From an uncultured Fibrobacter sp. (GTDB lineage Bacteria; Fibrobacterota; Fibrobacteria; Fibrobacterales; Fibrobacteraceae): a stretch of 64,000 nt of DNA. The translations under genes were made by a program, and so were the position numbers. The stretch spans positions 38,342 to 102,341 of the forward strand of contig CAMKLO010000004.1 of assembly GCA_946413655.1 (NCBI GenBank). The letters run 5' to 3'. Each line of letters opens with the position of its first letter. Position 1 is the stretch's first letter. The notes beneath the pieces were generated by a model. That model ran no database searches and was not told where the DNA came from. It saw only the letters and a list, made by a program, of their open reading frames with translations. Below, piece by piece: positions 27,701-36,204 of this stretch.

Positions 27701-28567
27701 AAGATTCGTGAACAGCAGCTCAACGGTAAGAAGGAAGAAGAAAAGTTCGCCGAACGTATCGGTATCGTGCAACAGCTCCCGGCTTACTATGAACAGGCTC
27801 GTCCGATCTTCCAGAAGAACATTGACCTCGCTCGTGACCAGGGCTTCTACAACAAGGATGTGATTGCCGCAGAAATGGGCTACATCGAAATGTACTACCA
27901 GGGTTGCGCTGTGTTCGTCGAAGTTGCCGATGCGTTTGCCAGCTCTCCGATTCCGGATAGTGCTTTGATTGTCCGCGAATATATCGGTCAGGGCATGGTG
28001 AAGGATGACGCTATTACGGCTGCCCACGAAGACTTGGAAGCCTACCGCGAAGAATTGAACAACCGTTCTGACGCTGCCAAGCAGCTCGCCATCCCGCAGT
28101 GCGCTACGGGTATCAAGGCCTCTGCTCATTACGGCATCGATAACGAATGGACGACCAAGCTCTACGAAACCTTGAGAAAGTTGGACGAAAACAACGAAGA
28201 TCTCAATACGAAGATCGAAAAGTTCGATCCTTCGACCCTCTTTGCTGACCCGTCTTACTTCAAGCTCAAGGCCCGTATCGAACAGATTGAAAAGTCTGAC
28301 GCTATGACCTTGGAAGAAAAGGTTACCACCTTCCGTAACATCGTCAAGGAAACTAAGGACGAACGTACCAAGCTTGAAGAAGAACTCGCCAAGCTTAAGG
28401 AATGGACCGCTAACCCGAGCTTGATCCCGGCCTCTGAAAGGGGTGTGGAAGCTACTTCTGAATCTGTGTCCGACGATTCCGCTGTTGAACAGACTTCTAA
28501 GAAGTCTAAGAAGTCCAAAAAGGAAAAGAAGGCCAAGAAAAAAGCCAAAAAAGGCAAGAAAAAATAG
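24701..28567 (+). CDS. large periplasmic TPR protein (Glt/AgmK/AgmU-like) with Lys-rich tail
   Basis: Signal peptide, Cys-rich N-terminus, many TPR/YP repeats, C-terminus SKKSKKSKKEKKAKKKAKKGKKK. Confidence 0.85.
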   Translation: MKNLMLVSAIVCSLVGTSFAASDPCKEKTTEAKNLYAKCKSIGKGNSGYEQCASSYRVLKNQAEQACRSGGLDEQGMRDAIAQWEKQVERCKGKISNRCASSLQQLGHYQFQLEEKQFLDKNAQYEEDVAWCADRDNKPPKCANINQFPKADHQKSLGYFLEYIDKYPKEAKAPTVIYQAAAVQEASGEDEKAYKLRMQLVKDFPDHGLVPKAWLRIAEYHFMNRKFKDAIAAYKKVTGFENLTGKEAALAMYHLAESYYNTAEYEIAAKQYYDYIVGADKGKYPADLRGEAMDFMAASFSDLEGGGVAEAEAFLKDKKVPFKDSVYYRIGMKNKDHDRNEEAVQSFKRLMNINPDYIDAPLADIAMIEILIVQQKFEDAQAHRYEVVKRYDRNSSWYKKNQKYPESVKNAEKAIRGAMLDIPQYHHAQAAKLTKEGDIEGGKKQYTKAIEAYEAFLKRYAKEPTWDEYKVHINLALVYQEMGQHANAAKMFNWIVETDTTRYGRREMGSANLLSKDEAGYNAVLMMDQARENARKTKANDDAVQAYSLPETKAYFDQVDKYMAKFGKNKEAAELAYNAAIVHYDAKQFSVAVNVLRKLKQDFPKHQYILLISRMLAQSLLESNQLDESLTEFEWLLKQYKAKETRNDSMAAEIEKAIAYVLFQKAETSVKNGKTEAGAKAYLDLVKRYPTIDIADKAIFEAAAAYESLNQFNKAAETFMLLPKNYKSSPLTVKGILRAASNYKKDKKPVVAAQTFLFITDNFPQDSMAFPAIGFAAQTYDSIPDKKQAAITFELAYKRYPKNEETPSFLYSACLSYDEAKMTNEAIRCSKDLVRDYPKSSYAVDAAFSIPMAYANAKKWDLAIQEYRNFVKMYPDDKEKLIAAYIGMARAYRALKDEDNSVDAYVKTLEAYDKYGLQIKNADAAIPAEAAYYMGEHEYNKMTPVVLKGKEKEKAKIVKSLVDILQKAMGHYSKSAAYASEKWTFRATNKMGMLFVTMAAKIREQQLNGKKEEEKFAERIGIVQQLPAYYEQARPIFQKNIDLARDQGFYNKDVIAAEMGYIEMYYQGCAVFVEVADAFASSPIPDSALIVREYIGQGMVKDDAITAAHEDLEAYREELNNRSDAAKQLAIPQCATGIKASAHYGIDNEWTTKLYETLRKLDENNEDLNTKIEKFDPSTLFADPSYFKLKARIEQIEKSDAMTLEEKVTTFRNIVKETKDERTKLEEELAKLKEWTANPSLIPASERGVEATSESVSDDSAVEQTSKKSKKSKKEKKAKKKAKKGKKK

Positions 28568-28586
28568 CGGTAAAAACTATTTTACG

Positions 28587-28611
28587 GGGAATCCTTGTTC
28601 ATGGGATTCCC
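28587..28611 (+). terminator. stem-loop after the TPR gene
   Basis: gggaatcctt-gttc-atgggattccc. Confidence 0.5.
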
Positions 28612-28758
28612 TTATTTCATTGGGCTTGAGGGCGATTGCTATGCGGTAAAGAAAGTTTTACTACAAATAATCTCCCATAATGGTTCAAAAAAAAATAAAT
28701 ATGAACAAAGATTATCAAAAACAACAAAAAAACAATAACTCAATTAAAGGAGTCTCTA

Positions 28759-29397
28759 ATGTCTAAAATGCTTCAATCCTTCAGCCCTGAATCTGATGGT
28801 TACCAGTTCATGTGGATCATCTTGGTCGTGTTCGTTATCGGCCTTGGTTTCTCTCTTGAACGTTTCTTCTACATCATGGTGAAGAGCTCTAAGGGCCGTG
28901 CCAAGTTCATGGCTGATTTCGGTAAGCTCGTTATGCAAAACCAGCTGGAACAGGCTCTCCAGTTCGCTAAGAGCTCGAATCTCCCGATTGCTAAGGTTAT
29001 GGACGCTATCGTTGGTGCCAAGCTCAACTGCAAGGATGCTGACAAGGCTCGCGATATGATGGTTGCTGCTTCTGACGCTGTGTTCCTCACTGAAGCTCCG
29101 CGCCTCACTCGTTACATCTCCATCATTTCCGTTATGGCTTCCATCTCTACGTTGCTCGGACTTATGGGTACGATTTACGGTCTGATCTATACATTCGACG
29201 CTGTGGCTAACAAACCGGCTTCTGAACGTGCTAAGGCTCTTGCTGACGGTATTGCTATCGCTATGGGTACTACGCTCCTCGGACTTCTCTCTGCAGTTCC
29301 TCTCCTCGTTATCGTCGGTCTTCTCAACATGAACTCCGAACGTCTCATCCAGGAAATGGAAGAAAAGGGTCTCAAGATTATCAACTCCCTTTCCTAA
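28759..29397 (+). CDS. MotA/TolQ/ExbB proton-channel subunit (AglR-like)
   Basis: ERFFY after TM1, TLLGLMGTIYGLI, LADGIAIAMGTTLLGL. Confidence 0.92.
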   Translation: MSKMLQSFSPESDGYQFMWIILVVFVIGLGFSLERFFYIMVKSSKGRAKFMADFGKLVMQNQLEQALQFAKSSNLPIAKVMDAIVGAKLNCKDADKARDMMVAASDAVFLTEAPRLTRYISIISVMASISTLLGLMGTIYGLIYTFDAVANKPASERAKALADGIAIAMGTTLLGLLSAVPLLVIVGLLNMNSERLIQEMEEKGLKIINSLS

Positions 29398-29437
29398 TTT
29401 GATAGAGAAAGTTCATTTAAACTGGAGTTTATAAAAC

Positions 29438-30328
29438 ATGGCAAAACAAATCAAGAAACCAAAAAAAGTCGAAGAACCGGATTTGCTTCCGGCGATGGGC
29501 TTGTTTACCATCTTGATTCCTATGCTTCTGACCATGACTGCTTTCTCCAAGCTCGCTATCGTCGAAGTCAATCTGCCTGAACGCAGCCAGATGATTATGG
29601 ACGATCAGACGCCTCCTCCACCGGATGAGCAGGCTTTGAACTTGTCACTCGCCATCGCTAGCGAATACCTCGTTATCGGTGCACGTGGTGGTTTCCAACC
29701 GAACGTCTATTTTAAGGAAATGTGGACGTTCCGTTGCAAGTCCGATGCCCAGCTTGTTACTTATGCGATGGAAGATGTCAAGAGTGCAGTTGAAAGTGGA
29801 CATGGACCGAAGTGCAAGAATGGCACAGAGATGGACAAAGAGAAGTATCTCTACGAAATCGAAACCATCGAACTGTGGGCCATTCAGAAGGAATCTGAAG
29901 AAGATCCGGGTCGCGTGATCTGGGCTGCATACAAGAATGACGGTAGTGCTGAAGAAGCTCACGCCGACAGTGCTTTCGTCGATGGCGCTAACAACTTCTT
30001 GTCTCTCCCGGGTGAAGGCCCTGGTGGTCTTCAGAAGCCGGCTGCCCTCAAGGCTCCGACTCCTGGCATGGCTCTTGCTACATTGCAGCCGAACTCTGCC
30101 CGTACTCTCAAGCCGGGTGACAAGACTATGATTTACCCGCTTTCCGCATACGATCTCATTGCTAAGGATTTGATCGCTATCCATACTCAGTTCATCGATT
30201 TGGACGACGTTGATAATATCATCATCGTTGCAAACGACGACTCTCAGTTCGATAAGATCATCCAGCTCATGGACCGTGCCAAGGAAGCTGGTTTCAGCAA
30301 GATCAACCTTGCTAAGTTGGGAGGTTAA
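29438..30328 (+). CDS. ExbD/TolR-family subunit (AglQ-like) with a large periplasmic insertion
   Basis: TM LLPAMGLFTILIPMLL, EVNLP, C-terminal IIIVANDDSQFDKIIQLMDRAKEAGF. Confidence 0.8.
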   Translation: MAKQIKKPKKVEEPDLLPAMGLFTILIPMLLTMTAFSKLAIVEVNLPERSQMIMDDQTPPPPDEQALNLSLAIASEYLVIGARGGFQPNVYFKEMWTFRCKSDAQLVTYAMEDVKSAVESGHGPKCKNGTEMDKEKYLYEIETIELWAIQKESEEDPGRVIWAAYKNDGSAEEAHADSAFVDGANNFLSLPGEGPGGLQKPAALKAPTPGMALATLQPNSARTLKPGDKTMIYPLSAYDLIAKDLIAIHTQFIDLDDVDNIIIVANDDSQFDKIIQLMDRAKEAGFSKINLAKLGG

Positions 30329-30330
30329 TC

Positions 30331-30825
30331 ATGGCTAGAAAAACTCGTAAATATAGCGAAGACGTACCTTTCTCCTTGACGTCCATGATGGACATGATGA
30401 CCATCATCTTGGTGTTCATGATCAAGAACATGGACGCTGAAGGTCAGCTTTTGACCCAGGCTGAAAACTTGATTCTTCCGATCTCGACCTCCAAGGTCCA
30501 GCCGAAGGAAGTTTCTTTGACTGTCGTGGTCGATGCTAACTACGTTCTCGTTGACAATGAACAGGTGGTTCCGACTGCCGACGTTCTCGCTCAAGAAGAT
30601 CTCCTTGTCACCAAGGTTGATGAAGTCTTGAAGGACCGTCGCGCTATCGAACAGGAACATGCCCTCAAGATGGGTCTTCCTGCCGATGAAGCCGGTCACA
30701 TCATTGTCCAGATTGACAAGAACATCCCGTATGATGCGATGTACAAGGTGATGGCCACCTGTGGCTACTCCGGTTACACGAATATCGCATTCGCCGTGAT
30801 GCAAAAGAACGGCGGGGAGGAATAA
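30331..30825 (+). CDS. ExbD/TolR-family subunit (AglS-like)
   Basis: LTSMMDMMTIILVF with the conserved Asp; QIDKNIPY...VMATC...GY.NI.FAV. Confidence 0.9.
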   Translation: MARKTRKYSEDVPFSLTSMMDMMTIILVFMIKNMDAEGQLLTQAENLILPISTSKVQPKEVSLTVVVDANYVLVDNEQVVPTADVLAQEDLLVTKVDEVLKDRRAIEQEHALKMGLPADEAGHIIVQIDKNIPYDAMYKVMATCGYSGYTNIAFAVMQKNGGEE

Positions 30826-30828
30826 TCA

Positions 30829-31752
30829 ATGGCAAAGAAGAATATAGATCCGTTTATTGCGTCGCTTATGCCGGAATCCGACAAGAAGATGGGCGCGATT
30901 GCCGGTGTCTCTCTTGTGATTGCTTTGGCGATGTGTATTTGGGCTTCCATGTACGAACAGGTCGTGGCTGAAGTCGTTTTCGACAACGCAGACTCTGTTG
31001 ACCTTACTACTTCCATGCAGATTGAGCAGAAGGAAGAAAAGAAGGAAGAAAAGAAGCCTGAACCGAAGAAGCCTCGTAAGAAAGCTGGTGGCGGTGGTAA
31101 GCCGCGTGGTAAGGGTCAGCCGAACGCTCCGCAGACTCGCGGCGTGCTCAAGCTCCTCACCGCTCAGACCAAGAACGCCTCCGCTGCTGCTTATGACTTG
31201 ATGAAGAACCAGAAGTTCACCAAGGACATCGATAAGGTGCTCAAGGACGTGGCTGGTCTCCAGACGACGGGTAAGACCGTTCTCGGTGGCCGTCGCGGTA
31301 AGGCTGATGGTGGCTTCAACGAAGGTTACGCAGAAGGTGGTTCCGGTGGTATCGGTGACGGCCTCGCAGGCCTCCTTGGCGGTGGTGGCGGTGGTATCGC
31401 TACCAAGGCTAAGGGTTCCATCAAGACGCCGTCCATGCGCGATATCGACATGGGTGCCGGTGGCGGATCCCGTTCCGCAGCGGACATCATGAAGGTCGTG
31501 CGTCAGCGTACTCCGGGCCTTCGCCACATCTACAACAAGTGCTTGAAGAAGAAACCGGGATTCCAGGGTAAGGTTACCTTGAGATTCACGATTGCTCCGG
31601 GTGGCGAAATCATCAGCATTTCTAACGTGTCTTCTACGACGGGTTATCCTGAATTTGACAACGAAATCAAGAACGCTGTCAGCCGCTGGACCTTCAGCAA
31701 GGTGAAATCCGGTAACACGACGGTTACAATTCCGTTCACGTTCTCCGAATAA
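30829..31752 (+). CDS. TonB-like energy transducer with AgmX/PglI(GltG)-type C-terminal domain
   Basis: Single TM, Lys/Pro then Gly-rich linker, GKVTLRFTIAPGG...WTF...TVTIPFTF. Confidence 0.85.
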   Translation: MAKKNIDPFIASLMPESDKKMGAIAGVSLVIALAMCIWASMYEQVVAEVVFDNADSVDLTTSMQIEQKEEKKEEKKPEPKKPRKKAGGGGKPRGKGQPNAPQTRGVLKLLTAQTKNASAAAYDLMKNQKFTKDIDKVLKDVAGLQTTGKTVLGGRRGKADGGFNEGYAEGGSGGIGDGLAGLLGGGGGGIATKAKGSIKTPSMRDIDMGAGGGSRSAADIMKVVRQRTPGLRHIYNKCLKKKPGFQGKVTLRFTIAPGGEIISISNVSSTTGYPEFDNEIKNAVSRWTFSKVKSGNTTVTIPFTFSE

Positions 31753-31772
31753 TTCACTTGGAAAGCTTGAAA

Positions 31773-31802
31773 AAAGGCTAGACGAAAGTCTGGCCTTTTT
31801 TT
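31773..31802 (+). terminator. intrinsic terminator
   Basis: aaggctagac-gaaa-gtctggcctt followed by a T-run. Confidence 0.85.
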
Positions 31803-31907
31803 GTTTTTATAGAATCTCTAAAAAAAATCATATTTTCTTAAATTCTTGTTGCGTTTTTTATTTTATAAAACTAACTTTATAAAAGAATTTTCAATAGGAG
31901 TTATTCC

Positions 31908-33212
31908 ATGAACTTAAAAACTGTAGCCGCCGTGGGCACCGCATTCGGGATCCTTGGTGTAGGGTCTGCCTTTGCAACATTCGCTCGTATCGAATCTATG
32001 GGTAAGAATACGACTTACATCATGGATGACGTGAGCATCTTTGATAACCCGGCAAACATCAACCTCTATTCCAACTACTTGATTGGGGAATTCGGTCCCT
32101 ATACGCAGGATGTCGAGATCGGAACGAACCGCGATCCGCAGCATCCGAACTTCGGAGGCATTTTCGCCATTTCTCTTGGCGATGCCAACAATCCGGATCC
32201 GCGTATCTCTATCGGTGGTCTCTTTGGCCGCATCAATTCCGAACTCATCCAGTACTTGCCGGATGTTGTGATTGGCGAACGCGGCGAACGCACTGCAGTT
32301 CCTGAAACGGTCACGAACTTTGACGGTTTCTTGGGTGGTACGCTCTCTAACGGCAATGCTTGGGGTTTGCATGTGTATATTGCACAGCAGGACGGCGGCG
32401 ACATGGGCGAAGACGGCAACTATCAGGCTAAAGATGGCGCCTACGCTTCTATCGTTCAGGCGGACGGTGGTTTCAACTTCCAGATTTCGAACTCCTTCGA
32501 CTTGGAAGGCTCTCTCGCTTTGGCCCGTATCCAGTACGGTCCGGAACACCACAGCTTCTTCGATGACGGAAACTTCTCGTTCCTCATCAAGTCTCGTGCC
32601 TTCTTTACGATGGATGCTATTAATGGCGAACTCGTTCCGGCCTTGAACCTCAAGTTCATTGATGCTCCGGGCTTGGATGAAAAGCATGCTCAGGTGGGTG
32701 TCGGTATCAACGTCGCCCTTGACCGAGGCTTCTTCTGGATGGGCTTGGACTTTATTTGGAACAAGAGAAAGGCTCATGACTGGATCTTCGATTCCGAATC
32801 CAAGACTTGGACTTACGATTCCCGTAACGAAGACCACAAACACTGGGATGAACGTACCGATGTCGGTGGCTTGATCAGCTTCGGTATCGAACGTAACATC
32901 TGGTGGGATTGGTTCGTTATCCGCGTCGGTGGTCAGAAATCCATCCTTTACACGGATTGCGAAGTCAACAACAAGAATGCGGACAAGTATAACGACAAGC
33001 AGTACGGCATCTGCAAGGATGACGGCAACTTCTTCAGCACGAACCCGCTTGGTGACGGAACCTCCAAGGACCACATCGGTTTCGGTTTCGGCATCAACAT
33101 CGAAGAAAAGTTGAAGATCGACGTGACCGTTGCTGAAGACCTGCTCTTTAGGAATCCGTTCCAGGGCGAAGGCAGACTCTTCTCCAGAATCTCTGCAACG
33201 TATTCGTTCTAG
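31908..33212 (+). CDS. outer-membrane beta-barrel protein
   Basis: AGGAG RBS, signal peptide, ARIESMG..IFDNPANI N-terminus, C-terminal ISATYSF. Confidence 0.8.
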   Translation: MNLKTVAAVGTAFGILGVGSAFATFARIESMGKNTTYIMDDVSIFDNPANINLYSNYLIGEFGPYTQDVEIGTNRDPQHPNFGGIFAISLGDANNPDPRISIGGLFGRINSELIQYLPDVVIGERGERTAVPETVTNFDGFLGGTLSNGNAWGLHVYIAQQDGGDMGEDGNYQAKDGAYASIVQADGGFNFQISNSFDLEGSLALARIQYGPEHHSFFDDGNFSFLIKSRAFFTMDAINGELVPALNLKFIDAPGLDEKHAQVGVGINVALDRGFFWMGLDFIWNKRKAHDWIFDSESKTWTYDSRNEDHKHWDERTDVGGLISFGIERNIWWDWFVIRVGGQKSILYTDCEVNNKNADKYNDKQYGICKDDGNFFSTNPLGDGTSKDHIGFGFGINIEEKLKIDVTVAEDLLFRNPFQGEGRLFSRISATYSF

Positions 33213-33213
33213 G

Positions 33214-33376
33214 GTGCCTTCGGCACAGTTAGGAGTTTGAAGTTACTAGTTACTAGATTGCATCTTCAAGATTCTCTAGTAACTACTAACTATTAGCTAG
33301 TAACTAAGTTCCGGTAACTCTTAACTATCACTAGTAACTAGCCCGTAGGGCGAAGTAACTATTAACTAGTAACTAA
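33214..33376. repeat. head-to-head AGTTACT/AGTAACT heptamer arrays with two GNA-loop hairpins
   Basis: gtgcc-TTC-ggcac at 33214-33226; agttact x2; then about 10 AGTAACT-like units with a 14-nt insert agcccGTAgggcga at 33340-33353. Confidence 0.9.
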
Positions 33377-33377
33377 A

Positions 33378-33412
33378 AAAGAAAAGCTCAATCTAGAGCT
33401 TTTCTTTTTTTT
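33378..33412. terminator. intrinsic terminator
   Basis: aaagaaaagctc-aatcta-gagcttttcttt followed by a T-run. Confidence 0.75.
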
Positions 33413-33426
33413 TTTATTTTATAGCC

Positions 33427-33792
33427 ATGAAAAAGATTTTATCCCTCCTGATTCTCGCTTTGTTTTTTTCGTCGTGTTCTGAACCGACGGAACGCATCGA
33501 AAAGAAACTCCTTCCGTACTTGCAGGAAGACTTGAAATTCATGGTGGCGGAAGCCCTGAATGCGAACACGAAAAAAGAGGATTTGCTCGAAGAGCCGTAC
33601 TACAAGATTCGTGATTTTAGGTTGTTCGAAGGCGCCGAGGCGGAGATTTATGCGGCGTATGTCGAAGTCGATTTTTACATCTACAGGAACATGGCCCTTT
33701 ACGCCAAACGCAAGTATCGTTATGAGGTTCATGGCAGGCATTGGGACCGCTATTACAAAGTTCTAAAATTTGGTAAAGATAAAACGCCTTGA
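33427..33792 (+). CDS. hypothetical lipoprotein
   Basis: Lipobox FSSC. Confidence 0.75.
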   Translation: MKKILSLLILALFFSSCSEPTERIEKKLLPYLQEDLKFMVAEALNANTKKEDLLEEPYYKIRDFRLFEGAEAEIYAAYVEVDFYIYRNMALYAKRKYRYEVHGRHWDRYYKVLKFGKDKTP

Positions 33793-33856
33793 TTGTTAAA
33801 TTGGGATTGTTTTTAATTATATTTCAAGACGGGATATTTCTTTAGAGGATTAAATT

Positions 33857-34879
33857 TTGTTTGGACTTTTTTCTTGCGATATCGGTATCGATTTGGGTAC
33901 CGCGAATACGCTTGTCCATGTGGCTGGACAGGGCATTGTTATTAACGAACCGACCGTGATTGCTGTTGACCGCAAGAGCAATCGAGTGACTGCCATTGGT
34001 GGCGAAGCGAAGAAAATGCTCGGCCGTACGTCTGGCGAGAGCCGTGCGATACGTCCTATGCGAGACGGCGTGATTGCGGATTTCGAACTTGTCGAGACGC
34101 TCTTGCAGACGTTTATCAAGCGTGTTTTGCGCTATCCGTTGTGGGTGGTAAAACCGCGTGTGGTGGTTGGCGTTCCGAACGGAATTACCGAAGTGGAAAC
34201 GCGTGCCGTGATTGACGCCATCAAGATGGCAGGCGCAAAGGAAGTCCATCTGGTCCACGAACCGATGGCGGCCGCTATCGGTATGGGCATCCCGGTCGAA
34301 GAACCTGTCGGCAACATGATTGTCGATATTGGCGGCGGTACGTCCGATATCGCCGTGATTGCCCTCAACAAGTCCGACTGCAACGGTTCCGTGCGCGTGG
34401 GCGGTGACGAAATGGACGAAGCCATTGTGCGTTACCTGCGTACAATGTACAACCTCTGCGTGGGCGAAAGCACTGCGGAACAAATCAAGATCCAGATTGG
34501 TTCTGCAAGTCCGCTTGAAGAAGAATTGACGATGCAGGTCAAGGGCCTAGACTTTATCGCCGGTATGCCGCGCACAATTCCTATCGGGAGTGCCGAAATC
34601 CGCGAAGCCATCAACGAGCCGGTGACCGCGATTATCGAAGCCGTGAAGCAGGCGTTGAGCATTACGCTCCCGGAACTTTCTGCCGATATTTACGACAAGG
34701 GCATTATCCTCACGGGTGGTGGCTCGCAATTGCGCGGTCTTGACGAACGTATCCGCAAGGAAACGGGACTCTCGGTGAATGTGATTGACGATCCGATGAC
34801 GTGCGTTTGCAAGGGTGCGGCCCGTATTCTTGAGGACTTGGACAAGTACCGTCCGGTCTTGATAGCTTCATCGACGTAA
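33857..34879 (+). CDS. mreB: rod shape-determining protein MreB
   Basis: IDLGTANT, IRPMRDGVIADF, EPMAAAIG, DIGGGTSD, LTGGG. Confidence 0.97.
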   Translation: MFGLFSCDIGIDLGTANTLVHVAGQGIVINEPTVIAVDRKSNRVTAIGGEAKKMLGRTSGESRAIRPMRDGVIADFELVETLLQTFIKRVLRYPLWVVKPRVVVGVPNGITEVETRAVIDAIKMAGAKEVHLVHEPMAAAIGMGIPVEEPVGNMIVDIGGGTSDIAVIALNKSDCNGSVRVGGDEMDEAIVRYLRTMYNLCVGESTAEQIKIQIGSASPLEEELTMQVKGLDFIAGMPRTIPIGSAEIREAINEPVTAIIEAVKQALSITLPELSADIYDKGIILTGGGSQLRGLDERIRKETGLSVNVIDDPMTCVCKGAARILEDLDKYRPVLIASST

Positions 34880-34898
34880 TTTTTGAAAATCCACTTCG

Positions 34899-35726
34899 AT
34901 GCTTAGAGCTTTTCGCTTTATTGTCGATTTGTTTACTCAAAGGCATGGCGTTGTCGCTTTTGCCTTTTTTCTCGTTTTAGGGATTCTTATGCACGAGGCC
35001 TCCACGGAGGTGCGCGAGAGCGTTGTCGATAAGGCGCTTTCGACGGTGTTCTATCCCGTGCAACTGCTGATATCGTCTGTCAACGACTTTAAGTCCTTGC
35101 AGGCCGAAAACGACCATCTGAAGGCGGAAAACGCAAGGCTGCGCCAAGAGACTTACCATGCGAGTGAGGGCTTGCAGGAACTGGCCAGGCTTCACACGCT
35201 CGTACGCTTTGACGACAAGTGGGACTTCCCGATTGTGACGTCTCGCGTGGTGGGGCATAACCCCGGGCGTTTCCTGACGACGCTTGTCATCAACCGCGGA
35301 ACGCATCATGGTGTCAAGGAGAACATGCCGGTGATGTCGATGAACGGGCTTGTCGGGAAAATCTCAAAGGCGATGCTGACGCATTCCAGGGTGCAGCTCC
35401 TTGTTGATCCGAACTTGAAACTTTCTGTGCTGGAGCGCCGTACTCGCGTTGTTGGCTTTTTGGAATCCGTAGATGGACATTTGCTTTCGGCGATGATTCC
35501 CTCCCATGCGGGCGTTGCTGAGGGCGATACGCTCATTACGTCGGGGCTTGGCGGCATTTTCCCGAAGGGTATTCCTGTGGGAACGGTACATAAGGTCCGC
35601 AAGGCGGATTTGGATGTGATGAGTCTTATGGACGTGGAGCCGTTCCAGGAATTTTCCACCTTGGAAGAAGTGTTCGTGATGCAAAAGGAACCGGATTGGA
35701 TTATCCAGGAGCTGCTCAATGAGTAA
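34899..35726 (+). CDS. mreC: rod shape-determining protein MreC
   Basis: TM plus coiled coil, INRG...GV, TSGLGGIFPKGIPVG. Confidence 0.95.
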   Translation: MLRAFRFIVDLFTQRHGVVAFAFFLVLGILMHEASTEVRESVVDKALSTVFYPVQLLISSVNDFKSLQAENDHLKAENARLRQETYHASEGLQELARLHTLVRFDDKWDFPIVTSRVVGHNPGRFLTTLVINRGTHHGVKENMPVMSMNGLVGKISKAMLTHSRVQLLVDPNLKLSVLERRTRVVGFLESVDGHLLSAMIPSHAGVAEGDTLITSGLGGIFPKGIPVGTVHKVRKADLDVMSLMDVEPFQEFSTLEEVFVMQKEPDWIIQELLNE

Positions 35727-36204
35727 CGGTGGGTGGCTCAAGACTCTTTTGCTGTTTGTTCTGGTGTTCGCCGTGCAATCGACTGCTGGCGAATGGCTCC
35801 AGATATTAGGCATAGGGCCTGATTTCGTGGTAATCTTCGTGGTGTCCGTTGCTCTTCGTTTTGGGGCCGCTACGGGCTGTTTATGGGGCTTTCTGGCGGG
35901 GTTTACGCAAGATGTCTATGCTCCGGTGGAATGGCTTGGCGCCAATTCAATCGCGATGACTATCGTGGGGTTTGCCGTGGGGCAGCTCGAAGAACATTTT
36001 CTCACCTTGTACGTGCCTGCAAAAATCGGTGTTCTTGCGCTTGCGTTCTTTGTGAACGACTTGTTCTATTTCCTCATTACGGGGCTTGATAAGGATGTCG
36101 TGACGAACCTCTTCTTGACGAAAACGGTTCCGGAATGCCTTTACACCTTGATTATCGGCGGAATCTTGTTCTATCTCTCTTCGGGGAAAAAGTCGAATGT
36201 ATAA
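35719..36204 (+). CDS. mreD: rod shape-determining protein MreD
   Basis: Hydrophobic, PDF..I, GF.AGF..D; operon position. Confidence 0.9.
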   Translation: MSNGGWLKTLLLFVLVFAVQSTAGEWLQILGIGPDFVVIFVVSVALRFGAATGCLWGFLAGFTQDVYAPVEWLGANSIAMTIVGFAVGQLEEHFLTLYVPAKIGVLALAFFVNDLFYFLITGLDKDVVTNLFLTKTVPECLYTLIIGGILFYLSSGKKSNV

